This document shows, piece by piece, positions 1 to 13,327 of a DNA stretch of 64,000 nucleotides. Under the pieces are notes generated by a model that worked only from the letters and a program-made list of their open reading frames with translations, was not told where the DNA came from and made no database searches. A program made the position numbers and the translations under genes. Every line of letters starts with the position of its first letter. Position 1 is the stretch's first letter. This DNA comes from Paraspadella gotoi (lineage: Eukaryota > Animalia > Chaetognatha): NCBI GenBank assembly GCA_051294375.1, contig CM119264.1, positions 10,062,175 to 10,126,174 on the forward strand, given 5' to 3'.

Positions 1-433
1 GTTTTCTCACTTTTACTCTGTCGTTTGGCATCCAGTTTTTTTCTTTTAGAGGAGCAGAGATAGAAAAAAAAAGCGTAAAAATAACCTCGACGGAGTGACG
101 CACCCGCCGAAGGATCTTTTTTCGACGATCTACTTCGGCTCATGCTCTTGGCCTTCCGTGCCCTCCTCTCTTGGAGTTTCGAGAAATTTCGTTAAAGTTT
201 CAGTCTCTTCGATTCATCTCTGCATTTATTTTAAATTTTGTCTTATAGGCCAACAGCTAATAACGGCGACTAGTTATTAACTCTGGCAATGAATTGTTTT
301 TCCAACTAAACATTGACCTGGTCTGACTTTCGTCGCCCTTTTCCAGATTGAGTATCATACCAGAGTATCATACTCAGGCTCCGCTTCCCTCGAACAACTT
401 TCGACGAGCCTCTTTCGCGACGGGCACTTCGTA

Positions 434-2209
434 ATGTCGCGGGTACGATTGACTGTGACGACGGAGGACGAGGCCGTCTTCGATCTGGAAGTCAATGACG
501 AAATTGGAGGTTGGAAACTCTCGTCGCCTTGTGCGAGATCGAGACGGGTGAGTATGGGGGTGGTATAGTTCATTAACTTTCATTAATTTTAAATATTCGT
601 ACATATCTTCAGTTTAAGAAAAATGAAATTATTAATTAACACTAAAAGCGAAAAAGGAAAAATATATATCATTCAAAATTTAGATAATCCAAAAAAATGT
701 GAACTTGAAAAGATTAATGCATAAATGATTTTTCGAGCGGAGTTGATTGAATTCAGTTTGATTTTCGAGGATTCCCATGAAAGTGCTAGTGCTAGTGCGG
801 AGTACAATAAGTATTCCCCGATCTAATACTTAGGGGAGTGGTCTTTTCATACAATTGAAACATTCTTTGAAATATTTTCCACTTCATTGATAGAGAAACC
901 AGGTACTCTGGGAGTGAATAAACGGGACTGTGAGAGAGTCTTGATTGAAAGCTTGCAGGGACCTGCTATGTCATTGATCTTGTAAGAGTGATGGAGGCCT
1001 TAAACCACCAAAGCCTGTGCAAAGTCAAGGGCCAAGATAGCTTATATTAAATGAATGGATAATTTTTATATTGGTTGTACCAATTTCATAATATTCAGCT
1101 CCTTGTATTTTGATGCTATTGCGGAGTTACAATAAGTATTCCCCGATCTAATACTTAAGGGAGTGGTCTTTTTCATACAATTGAAACATTCTTTGAAATA
1201 TTTTCAACTTCATTGATAGGGAAGCCAGGTACTCTGGGAGTGAATAAACGGGACTGTGAGAGAGTCTTGATTGAAAGCTTGCAGGGACCTGCTATGTCAT
1301 TATCTTGTAAGAAGTGATGGAGGCCTTAAACCACAAAGCCTGTCCAAAGTCAGGGGCAAGATAGCTTATTTATTAAATGAATGGTTAATTTTTATATTGG
1401 TTGTACCAATTTCATTTCATATAACGTTTCTGTATTCTGCAGTAATTCTTTTTTAATTGTTAAAGACTGAATCAATCAATGAATCACTGCGTCAAAAGTT
1501 CTTCGAAGTCGTGTCGATTGGTCGAACCGACGCTTGGTGAACAGAGGGTTTCACTTGTTTTACGAACGTTACGATCTAATTTAGCCGATCCAAAATGACG
1601 ATGTAATTTTACAAAGTCACGATTAACTTCATTCAACAAATTATCAGACCTATTTTTTCGTCAGTATTTACTATTATTTATTTATTTTATTTATTTATTT
1701 ACTAAAAAAGAAAAATATCTGTAAAAATTCAAAGAAAATTATACAATATAAATTCAGAGGAGTTCGGACGAAGATTATTAATGCGCTATTTTCCAGTTAT
1801 TCCAACAAACTCCTTCCGCCTCATTTTCAACCAATGGCCGCTTTCTGCAAGATCCTAAAGAGTCCCTCGTCTCGGCCGGCGTCGGAGATGGAGACTTCCT
1901 TTTCCTCTATCGCCTTTCCGACGATAGTTGCGCCCCCGTTAGCGCCACAGACTCTGCCGAATCTGAAACGGCGCCTCGTGAAGCGCCACCCGATGTTACG
2001 CTTCGTTTAAGAAACGACGCCGCGTCCGAATCTTCCCGCGCCGAGAATGACGCAGAGTTCCATCGTCTGGCGCCTGAGAGGAAGCAGCGGCTAGTCGAGG
2101 AAGCTGCTACGTTGAGGGAGGCGTTGCTAAGTCGGCCGGAGGAGATGGAAGTTTTGAAGGAAAGGAATCCTCTATTGGCGGAAAGCGTTAATGACGGGTA
2201 AGAAGCACG

Positions 2210-2304
<95 letters not shown>

Positions 2305-3502
2305 CTTCAAACACACACACATTTTAACACTCACACAGGTGACGCTATTTCCTTCGGCCGCCGCTATTCACGATCTACGACAACAACACAACGATTCTCT
2401 TCAACATCCTTTTTCTGGCCGACGAAATTTGCTCGACCCACGCGTACAGGTATACATTGTACATTGTATTGAGCAATGAGCAAAGTACCACGAGACAAGA
2501 GTCTGTTTATTGTTTGATCAATTATTTGAGTTTATTTGAGTTTATGTAAGCTATGGGTTTTCCGATGAAATGAAATAACAATTAGGTTTAATTGAATTTT
2601 TAAAATTTTTGTACTCCTTATCGTACATAAAACAACGGAGATAAGTTAAAATACAATATAACTCGTATTGTCAATCTCTTTAACTTATACTCTCGCAGGA
2701 GATGATCGCCGAGGAGATCCGCCAGAAGAACGTCGAGGCCAACCGCGCGGCGGCGCTTGAGTTTAGCCCCGAGTCATTCGCCAAAGTGACGATGCTCTTC
2801 GTGCCAGTTCGAGTCAACGGGCATCCCGTCAAAGCCTTCGTTGACACGGGCGCTCAGTCCACGATGATCAATCTGCCATGCGCCAAGCGCTGCAACCTCA
2901 TGCACTTGTTGGATAGACGCTATGCGGGCGTGGCCTACGGCGTCGGCACGCAGCGGATCCTGGGCCGCGTGCACGCTTCGTCGTTGCAGATCGGGCGGGA
3001 ATTTCTCGACGCTGCCTTCAACGTCGTGGAGAACGAGCCTCTTGAGATGATGCTGGGGCTCGACGTCCTCTCGCGCCACCGCTGCCTCGTCGACCTGGAC
3101 CGTCGCTGTCTCGTCGTGGGCGGACCCGGCGGCGCAGGGATCGAGTTTCTCGCCGCCGACGAATTGCCGGATTTGTCCGGCGTCGCTCGGAAAGACGAGA
3201 GGCCGGAGGAGCTTCAGGACGAGGCCGCTGCCACCGCAGCGCCGCCGAGAGATGCGGACTTTGTTGCCCTGGCTCGAGCTTTAGAGGGGATGACCTCCGG
3301 TGGCCGGGAAGGGGAGGAAGGAGGAGAGAAAGGAGGAGAGGTAGCGAAGGAGGAAGAAAGGGTGGATCAAGACAACTTGGAAAGTCTCGTCAAGATGGGA
3401 TTCGATCGAGGACTAGCTGCCGCGGAGCTCATTCTTCAAGGAGGAGATGTCAATCAGGCCGTCGCTTCTCTACTCGCCAAATCTTTGTCTTTCAGTTCTT
3501 GA
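434..3502 (+). CDS. DDI1: DNA damage-inducible protein 1 family (UBL - helical domain - retroviral-like aspartyl protease - UBA); 4 exons: 434-547, 1797-2197, 2339-2449, 2699-3502
   Basis: Last exon encodes the RVP motif PESFAKVTMLFVPVRVNGHPVKAFVDTGAQSTMI and a UBA-like C-terminus (LVKMGFDRGLAAAELILQGGDVNQAVASLL). Upstream GT-AG exons give UBL-like (RLTVTTEDEAVFDLEV; NGRFLQDPKESLVSAGVGDGDFLFL) and helical-domain (LREALLSRPEEMEVLKERNPLLAE) peptides. Exons 1-3 contain several apparent single-base insertions. Confidence 0.92.
790..1420 (+). mobile_element. Tandem pair (790-1090, 1105-1420) of a ~310 bp non-LTR retroelement 3' fragment inside DDI1 intron 1
   Basis: Two near-identical copies, with a third inverted at 15125-15434. 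They end in a stem-loop ATTGGT-TGT-ACCAAT followed by a TTCAT(TTCAT) tail, like CR1/L2-clade 3' ends. Confidence 0.6.
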
Positions 3503-4455
3503 CGTTTGTTGATTTAAATTAATTTAAATTTATTGTATTTAATTTGCTATCCCAAGGGAGCAATGAATGCTTATTGCTTTGTGTATATAAAATTAATATA
3601 CATCCGAGTAAATATTAGTTTTTTATATGTTGCTTTTATTATAGTTAAAAAAATTTGCGAGAAAGGAGAGTTTTATTGACAGAAGCTAGAGATAAATGTT
3701 GCAGGGGAAGGCAAACAGGAATGTACATTGTACAATTAACAAAAGCTCGTTTCTGAGGAAATTCAAACCTAAATATCCAAAGAATTACCAGTCTTTTTGT
3801 TGAGCCGATATTTTGATTATTTGTTATTTGCTGAACTTATTAAACTTATCATTTATCAATTGAGTTGCTTTGTATGTTTTTACGCTTTGCAATATCATTC
3901 GGCTAAAAAAAAAAACGGATCAAATTTGGGAATAAATAGATTTTTTTAATTAATGTTGACCTTCGCTTAGAGGTCCAAGTCTATTGGATTTTTTTGTTAA
4001 TTCTGTTTATTGTTTATAACTTTCTGCTAATACGTATTTCGTTTTTCTATTCCAACTAATCCATTTTCTTAATTCAATTGTCGTCGAATCCAATTGAATG
4101 AAAAACCCTAAAGCTTAACAAGATTTTAACGATGCCAAAATCCTTTATTATGTTAGCGGAGCAGGAAGGGTAAAATCAAGAATCAAAACATCGACGAAAC
4201 TAGCATTCCTTGTAAACTTAAATAAACATCCTCAAGCCAGTAAGGCTATGAGCTATGATCTGCGATAGCCTGCGATGGTCTCCAAGAAAAGGTAAACTTG
4301 TAGATTCTTATCAGCGTATTTTTAAATAGAGGCCACATTGTCACTTATTCTCTCCCTTATTGGAATTATAAATCCTTGATTTAAACGTAATCACTGATTA
4401 CAGATAAGGGTTCCGGTTCGACCTCTCATGTGTGCCTCGAGTCTTAAATGTGCCA

Positions 4456-4556
<101 letters not shown>

Positions 4557-5554
4557 GGAGATCGTTGCATTGGCAGTTTACGATGAAAGGGGTGAATGAA
4601 GGCAGGTGAAAAAAGATAGAAAACGCGCAAATCATCGATAATTGAAATTCAAGAAAAAAAAATTTGCTGCTTCTCAAAAAAGAAATTTCTACAAAAATTT
4701 ATCGTCGCCCGACAAACATTTTTCTCTACAATCGTGATTTATATTATAAACTAATTTTAAAATTTATTTTTCATGTATTTATTTATCTATTTATTTATTT
4801 AGCAATTTATTGATTTTGTATTGATTTTTTATATATATTTTTTTAACGTCACTCGACCTGTTTAAAAAAAATTTGCACGTTTAAAAAGTATGTACCGAAA
4901 GCAATGCGATTAAAATAACACTTCTTTTAAGTGCTTGACGGCAAGATCTTCATTTTAATGTCACAATGTACTTATTATATAAAAGCTTTAATTTGGCTTT
5001 TAAACATTCTGATTATCAACATTTAACAACTTTAAAAATGAATGTTTTTACTATCATTATGGCAGCTTTGTATTTTCATCATTACTTTTAATATAATCAT
5101 AACGTTCTTTTTTTTTTTTTCAGACAGCAATTTCCCCCTTTTTTTCCTTTGAAGTTCTCCTTTTCTCAATTGTTTTTCGATGTTTTTTTCGTCATTATCG
5201 TCGTCGCCATCATCATCGTCGTCGTCGTTATCTATCGGGAAAAGTGGCACGTCGAGTCTTTGATTGAGGACGGATGGATGAACGGACGGACAGACCCGAG
5301 AGAGTTCAATCGGTTCACTTGATTTTTTTTCCTCTCTCCCTCATAAAATCATTGATGATTCAACTTTTAAACAATCCAAACAACGAGAAAGATTTTTTTT
5401 TTAAATGAGGAAAAACATTCGGAGTCCAACCCCCTTGGACCGATTTCGACGAAGCTGACTGGATTTGGGTCACGCGGGAAAACCGTCTTTTGTGGAAACA
5501 ATCGATTCGTCTTTGTCCGTTTTCTTCGTCATCATCATTTTGGTCGCTTTGTTC

Positions 5555-5839
5555 TGTAGTCGGGCATTGCCTAGGTTCACCCCGCCTATAAGCATAACAC
5601 TTTCAGTTGTGATCCGGTGGCTCGTTCAGTAAAGCCCTCAGCTTATGACCACTAGGTACCGGGTTCAATCCCAAACCAGCACCTACCCTGCGGGAAGCGT
5701 GAGGAAGGCCGTAAGCCACCTTGAGAGCCTGGCAAACCCTCCAGCCTGGTTCAAAGCCCAGCACCTGTTCCATGTCTGCTAGAGGGGGTTATAGAAGTTA
5801 CGAATAGTCATCTTCATCCCACTTAGCGCCTTATCCACA
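5555..5839 (+). mobile_element. TG...CA element (solo-LTR-like or SINE-like) with internal tRNA-like A/B boxes and 4-bp TSD
   Basis: Begins TGTAG, ends CCACA, flanked by GTTC on both sides. A-box-like TGGCTCGTTCAGT (~5618) and B-box GGTTCAATCCC (~5662). Second copy at 7846-8140. Confidence 0.7.
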
Positions 5840-6008
5840 GTTCCTCAGCGTTCTTTTACGAAATTTCTTTAATTTTCATCGCTTCTTTTTTTTTTGCGGA
5901 AATATGAATGAATAATTTGGCTTAAGACTTAAAGTTGGCTTTCTCGTCATCATTGCTGTCGTTTTAGTTGAGATTTCGCGTTGAGAAATTTGCGCTAATT
6001 ATATGAAA

Positions 6009-6592
6009 AACAAGTTTGAACAAACAATGCCGGATCTGCTCATGGTCATTAAGCGGTAGGCGGCTAATCAATTAATTAATTAACTAATTTATTAAATTTT
6101 TAATTAAATAATATTAATTAATTAATCAATTATAAATCAATTTAGAGTAAAAAGTTAGTCTCTCTCGCTCCCTCTTTTACACACTTCCATCCTCTTTTCC
6201 CTCCGATTAATTAATTGTTTAATCGTTGCAGTTTATATAAAAAGAAAAAAGCATAATGAAATAATGAAATAGTGAAACAGATTTTGTTGGTTTTTACCAT
6301 TTAAACTCATTTTCACTTGGACGATTACATCAAAACTTTATTTCCAGCTTAATCCGACATTTCCTCACACACACACAAAGTTTTAAGTCAATCGCGTGAT
6401 CCACTTATGAGTAATTAGCGTTCAAAGCTAATGAGTGACGGACGGACGAACGGATGGATGGACATTGTTTTTTTTTGTATAATATATCAGAATTTTATGT
6501 TAAAATTTGGGGGGTGGACCGACGGACCGACAAAGTGAATCATAGAGCCGGACATAGATCCGGAATCTATTTTAAGCAAATCCGACTAAAAA
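6009..6592 (+). mobile_element. Helentron-associated (HINE/DINE-1-like) non-autonomous element
   Basis: Starts AACAAG, has a subterminal CGGATCTGC, an internal (GACG/GATG)n microsatellite, and ends ...ATCCGACTAAAA. Homologous to 12411-13170. Confidence 0.6.
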
Positions 6593-7424
6593 TATCTTTG
6601 GAATTAGTTTTCCACAAGAAGAGTCATAAATATATCCACTTATTGTCAAGAGATGCCGCATGCCTCTTAGCTAAGTACGTGCTTAACGACGTTAATTCTT
6701 ATCTCTAATGAAGCATTATATATATCTGGATGCGTTTTCGACGTTAAGTGGAATAATAAATTAGTATAATCTACTCAAGTCTTTGAAAATAATTAACTCA
6801 AGAATAACCACGGCTTTGACCACAGCCACAACAACAACGACAAAAGACAACGTTCGTCTCGATGAATAACTAAAAACGAGAAAAATCTATCGCGATTTTC
6901 GTTTCATTTAACTTTAAAACAAAAGCGAAGACTCGCGGCCTCGGGACTGTGGGAGTCGTCGTCGTCGTATTCGCCGTCGTCGTCGTCGTCGTCGCGTCGC
7001 TTCAACTCTATGAGCCTTCACCCTGGAAACATTTAAGTAATAAGTCTGCTTCAAAACGATATTCGGTATTTAAATGTATTCCTCGTCTATATTTTTTTTA
7101 TCAATCATAACGATCATAATTTCATTAACATATTTGATATCTTCACTTTATCATCCGCATTAACATGATTATAATATTATTAACATCATCGAGATGTCAT
7201 CATCGTCTTAAATATCATCATCATTGACATTGTCATCTTCATTATTAACAACCAGTTATTTTTTTATTTGATTTTTCGAATTTAAAAAAGAGGTCTCTTC
7301 GAAAAATGAACCAATCATTGTTTCATTGAGTCGCGCCAGTGAAAATTGGAAATTCACAATCCCCTTGCGAATTTGACGTAAGTCTTCGCTTATCCGGCCA
7401 ACGGGTCGACGACTGGCTGACTCA

Positions 7425-7467
<43 letters not shown>

Positions 7468-7845
7468 TCTCTCCAATGCAAATAGATGATTATTTAAAAA
7501 CAAAATATTCACAAAAGAGACCAACGCTACAGGGAGTGTTCTCCGGGTGCCCGTGTGAAATTTTTCGGTCCACTGAGAGAAAGAGTTCAGTAAGCACTCT
7601 TGGCTAAGCGACCGGAAAATTCGAATCCGGCCTCCGAACTCGTGGCTGACGGGATTTGATCCGGACGCTTGAGATCGAAATTGGTGTCTCGGTTTCCACG
7701 GAAGCGAAGCTGACAAGATGGGCACGAGAAAAATGTCCAAAAATAAGTTTTAATGAAAAAAATTAAGTGCGAAAAGCTCTTGCATTAGGTAATATTATTT
7801 TTCGTCTGGTCTCAGGGTATTTTTTTTATTTTAAAACATGATACA

Positions 7846-8140
7846 TGTAGTCGGGCATTGCTTAGGTTCACCCCGCCTATAATCATGACACTTTCAGTCG
7901 TGACACGGTGGCCCATTGAGTAAAGCCATCAGCTCATGACCACTAGGTACTGCTGGTACTGGGTTCAATAACAACCCGGTACCTAACCTGCGGGAAGCGT
8001 GACGACGGCCGTAAGCCGCCTTGGGGGCGTGGAAAACCCTCAAGCCTGGTTCCAAGCCTGGGACTCGATCCATGGCTGCTAGAGGGGGTTAAAGAAGTTG
8101 CGGATAGCACTCTTCAGCCCCACTTAGCCCCTTATCCACA
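7846..8140 (+). mobile_element. Second copy of the TG...CA tRNA-box element
   Basis: Colinear with 5555-5839, same termini; flanks TACA/TGCA (one mismatch). Confidence 0.7.
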
Positions 8141-8220
8141 TGCACGATGCATCAAAACATATGCATTAACAATATCAAGCATCTCGCTCCGACATCCCGA
8201 GATTTGACAAACAACATCGC

Positions 8221-8469
8221 TGCAGTAAATGATCAATTATGGCAACTGGGGGACATGTGTGATGCGTGGGGTGTGGGCTTTGGACCTGCAGTGATCACCC
8301 CATGTCACTGGCGTGTTTATGCCTGCACCATCACACTTTAACCAGTGTGATTTCTGGGTGTTGAACCCAGTACTCACGGTTGGTGAACGAGCAATTAGCA
8401 GTCCAAGCCAATGGGACTAGCTGAGTTTTACCAAGCTATACGGGAGGCAAATTTAGGATTCACCACACA
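8221..8469 (-). mobile_element. Diverged tRNA-box interspersed element (related family)
   Basis: Minus strand has A-box-like TGGCTTGGACTG, B-box GGTTCAACACC and a CAGTGAC...TCACTG hairpin shared with 19724-20001. Confidence 0.5.
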
Positions 8470-10096
8470 ATCATTGATCGAACATGCGACAATATGCGAC
8501 GTCCGAATCGTTTCCAATGTTGTCGAGACTGTCGTCAATATTTGTTTTCTTTTACCTAATCAATTAATTTGATAATTTTTGCAATCTTCATCTCGCTGTC
8601 GTTTCCAACAAAATAAAAAATTAAACTAACTAATGTCGAAAACGAAATTAGTAAGGATAAAAGTGAAGCATTGTAACGATTTAATAGAAGTAGAAAAGAA
8701 GTGAGACGAGCTCTCTCCTGATAAACTTTTATCAACTCCCGGACCAACTTGACTTTTAGGTCTCCTCCGTCCTATCGCTTTGTTCGGTCAGTCATAAGGT
8801 CATTGCCAAAGCTAGGGCAAAGTGACCGTGGGAACTGACCGTCGTGGCGAAAAAAGGAAAGAAGAAGAGTTTCTATCACTTATTTAGCAAAAACAACAAC
8901 AAGAAAAAAAAAAACACCGCGCCTACTTTGACGCTCGATTGTCCGAAATCATCATCTCATCGCGCGACAGACGGACGCTTCCATCGATTTGTCGCTTGTT
9001 TTCCTTTTTTTTTTCGGCCGAGCGACCAGAGCAAATTTGTGCGGCGTCAGCAGGGCTTCTCCCCTCGGCAAACAGGGATAAGGACCCAGAGTTGAAAATA
9101 CGGAACGCAAGTCTCGGGGAAACAGAGGAACCTCACGTAGGATTCGCAGAACCGCGAAAAGGGTTTCGATTATAGACCCTGAGTAAATATTCCTTTTTTT
9201 TTTAAATCTTTTCTTTTTTTTCTTTCCTTTTTTTTTCTGGGAGACAACGGAAATTAATAACAGAAAGAAAATAGGGAAGTCGCCTTCGAATGAGCAGCGT
9301 GCCCCACCTGACTTACCTGCTTCGCGAATTCGCGCCATCGCTCTTTTCACGCCACGTGGCTTATTTTCGATGCAATCGTTTTCGTGCTCGTCGTCGTCGT
9401 CGATTCTTTAAAGGCTCGCCGCTCGACTGAACCTACTTTTTCTTCGTTCCTCACCTACTTTCTTTATTTTTTTTAAATCCTTCTCTCATTTCGCTTCCTC
9501 GCCTTACCCATCCACGTATGACCTTCCTTTTCAGCGGGGACTCGCCGAGATACTCGCGGCGAGCGAAACGGAACGCGCGTTGAACGTCACTTGATGTTCG
9601 TTGACAACATTCGATTCTCGATCTAACCAATTCGCAAGTTTCGTTCTCGCACTTACGGAGGCTATGATTTGCTTTGTTTAAAACCGTTTTCGATGAAGAT
9701 GAAGAATATTTTTTTCAAAAAATCAAATTAAACTTTTTTAGTTTGGCAACTTTTTTCGGCAATGGACAAATGAACAAAATAATCCCTTTCTAAGTAACTA
9801 AGTAATTCTAATGATTACAGTCTGATAGAATGAAAGTACGATTTTAAATACAGTTTTCTTTACATTTAAATATAAATCATACATATAAATTTATTTTCTA
9901 GAGCTTCTAGAGTTCGTCGTACAAAAGTCATTTTTAAAAAGTAAACAGACTTTCCATTCTTTATCCACTATCCAGTTTAAAAAAAATATTGTTAAGATTT
10001 TGATTACTATTTTATTCTTCTAATCATGTTAACATTTCGAGAAAAAAACAAAAAAATCAATTTTAATGATAAATACTTGAAAATTACCAAATTACT

Positions 10097-10255
10097 GAAG
10101 AGACAGTAATTATTGTAATGTGTGACAGAACCGTTCAATATAAGCAGTCCCTGAGCTTCGGATCAGGCTGTAACACCTTTGGGTTGGGAGTCGAATGACT
10201 TGCCTCCGGCACCAATGGCCGCTGATGAACGGTTGTTCGATTTTAGTCCACCATA
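10097..10255 (-). mobile_element. Internally deleted copy of tRNA-Gly-like interspersed element
   Basis: Shares GAAGAGACAGTAATTAT...CAGTCCCTGAGCTTCGGATCAGGCTGTAAC...TTTTAGTCCACCATA with 30794-31030 and 35838-36070. Confidence 0.55.
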
Positions 10256-10626
10256 TTACCATTTTTTTTCGCCCAAAAGATGCAATAAAAATTAAAGAAC
10301 TACCATTTATTTTAACCTTTGATTCGGCTTAACTTTGTGTTAAAAATCTCTCGCCCTCAATGCTATCATCGTTTGTTTCTGCGCCCTCGATCGTCGTCCC
10401 ATCTTGGTTTTTCTTGGTTTCAATGGCTTATTACAATTGCCGGCATCGCTCGTCTCTTTTTTCTCCACGAACCAACCGTTGGTGTTGGCCACAAACCCAT
10501 TTTTTTTCTCCAGCTGCGTTGGACTCATGCAATCTTGAGTTTGTTTCCAAAGTCAAAGCAGTCGTCTCTTGACTACTTAATTGTTGAAAAAGAAAAAGAG
10601 AAAGTCAAGTCCATTGTCATTTTCAG

Positions 10627-10753
10627 GGAATCAGCACGAAAAGAGAAAAGACTCTTGAGATGAAAAGAGAATTCGCCGGAAGATGGAATAAAAAAGAAAA
10701 GACTCATGCAGCTCTCAACCGAACGAAGCAGAGTCGTCTCGTACTGACGAAAG
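10627..10753 (+). other. Probable 5' non-coding exon of the CPES-like gene
   Basis: TTTCAG acceptor, AAG|GTAAGT donor, and a next acceptor TTCAG at 10938 upstream of the ATG at 11001. Confidence 0.4.
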
Positions 10754-11000
10754 GTAAGTTCAAACGTTTATTCAACTTCTAACTCAAATTGCTTGGCGAA
10801 GAGAAGGAAAAAAAAAACCGCTGAGCACTAGAAGGCGAACAATAGAATAATTTTAATTTAATAGTAAAGATGTAAAATGGAACTATTTGAAAACCGTATT
10901 GCACTAATTATATTTCAACAATTTCCATTACAATTCAGCTTTTTGACGTGGCTCAACGTCTTTGTCCTCAACCCCTCGACTCCATGCTGGGTCGACGATC

Positions 11001-13293
11001 ATGAATTCCCTGGTAAAGGTCACTGCGACGCTGAAGGTTCGCTCTCTGCTGCAGGCGCTGCCCTGCCTGTCGACCATCGCCTTCGCCATCTTCGTTGTGG
11101 TGCAGGAGTGTCGCATCTACGGATTTATGCAGCGACTCAAGCCGGAAGAGTTTTTGCACAACGAGACCGTCATCGCCGAGTGGCGGAAACACGTCGTCGG
11201 GGGACCATGGGACATCAAGCATCAGATGTCAGGTGAGGATCGGGTGAGGTTGTAATTAAACTGTTTTGACGTAGATGAGAAGCAATAAATGGAAAACGAG
11301 TGATTCAACGACTTCAGTTTAATGACTCATCCTTTCTTCGTTTGACTTCGCCGCCTCCTCTTTTTCTTTCCGTCGTTGTATCCAGAACAAGGCTCAAGGT
11401 TGCTCGTCAAGGTGCAACGCCAAGGTCGAGGGAGAGCGTTATAACTTTGACTGATGAGTCTAATCAATTGAGTGACAATAACATCGGTTCCATTTTGATT
11501 TTAATTCAAGTTTTTGTAACATTTATTTATTTATTTATTTTTTTTATTTATTTATTTAATTATTTATGTATTTATTTATTTATTTTTTTTTTTTTTAGGT
11601 ATCTCTATTTTATCAAAACTTGTTATTTTGGATAAAAAAACTTTAAGAAAACATAAAAATTAAGAAAGAAGATTTAAAACTTTGAACTCAATAAAGCAAC
11701 AGATATCCTCAGAAGCATTGATTTTTTTTCGGTTATTTACAGCCTTTATTTATTTCTTTTTGCCGATTTAATTAATTTTTTTGCAAAAATTCCCGCGACT
11801 ATTTTATTCAGTCTGTAAGAGTTATTATCACCTCCATTAAAGCGTAGTAAAAATTCTAAATTTTCCTTTAATTAAAATTCTAAATGCGAGGAATGAACCA
11901 CATTGTTCTAATGAACATTAATGTATAAAAAGATTTTTATAATAAGATTTGTAATTTACGCAGTAGGTTATATTTATATATATTACTACTACCCCTATAA
12001 ATGTTAAAATTTCAAAGTAGTTTTTTTTAAAGATTTTCTAATAGATTTGGATTCGTCATGAATTTAATGTTCACGTCGTTCATAATTGACTTTTAAAATT
12101 TCCGCTCTCACCTGCATCATTTCTAAATGCAAACGACTAATGACTAAGAGATTGAATCCGTTTGCTTATGAGGCATAAACAGCTTTCCGTCGAAGTCATT
12201 TCGTGACGAGAAAGGGAGGAAGGTCGGATAAAGATAAGAAGTATAGATTTTTCAGTTCTCCATTAGTCTAAGAAAAAAAAGATAAGGGAATCAATGAGTT
12301 TTTTCCTTGCCGATAATAAATCTCATCTCAATTTTCAACCTATTTGCCATGAAGAATGATTTTTAAAAATCAATACGAAATTGCGAAATATATTTTAGGT
12401 AAACAAAGAAAAACAAGTTTGAGCAAACAATGTCGGATCTGCCCACGACCATTATCGTTAATTAATTAATCAATAATTAATTAATAATTAATTAATTCAA
12501 GTTAATTAATTAATTAGGCAATTAATTAATTTGATCGAAATGTTTGTTTTGATTGATTAATTGACTGATTAATTAATTATTGATTAATTAATTGACTAAT
12601 TGACGAATTGATTAATTAATGATTAATATTATTTGATTAATTATTACATCTTGCATTTAAATTTAATATACAAGGAAAAGAGCATAATCAATTAGTGAAA
12701 CAGGTTTTTGTTTTTTTCCATTTAAACTCATTTTAACTAAACGATTCCATCGAAACTTAACTACTTTCCTACCCACATACACAATTTAGGTCAATCGCCC
12801 CATCCACTCATGAGTAATTGGCGTTCAAATAGTGAAATATTTTTTTTTCCATTTTAAACTCATTTCCACTCGGACGATTCCAGCTCATCACACACTTCCT
12901 TCCCATACACAAAATTTCATTCCAATCCATCCATCCAATCTTGAGTAATCGGACTTTTTGTTTAAGGTGGGACGGAGGGATGGAAGACAGACAGACAGAC
13001 AGACAGAAGACAGACAGACGGACGGACAACTTTTTTTTTGCATAATTTATCATAATTCGATATTCTGACATGATATATGTGGTTGCCCGACAATATGAGG
13101 GGGGGACCGACGGATCGACAAAGTGAATCATAGAGTCGGGATCTGCTTATAAGCAGATCCGACTAATAAAGAAGAGAATATTTAAAATCGGTTCACTAAC
13201 TTACCGAAAAATCCCCCTCTGCCCCAACCGCGTTTCCGCTTCTCAGCTGGGGCCGCCAATACGGATTTGGAATCTTTTGCCCCGCCCCCTCTC

Positions 13294-13327
<34 letters not shown>

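Noticed and set aside
5610-5680. tRNA-like segments as genuine tRNA genes (also ~8350-8410 and ~35960-36035)
   Set aside because: Incomplete cloverleaf pairing, and embedded in dispersed repeats.
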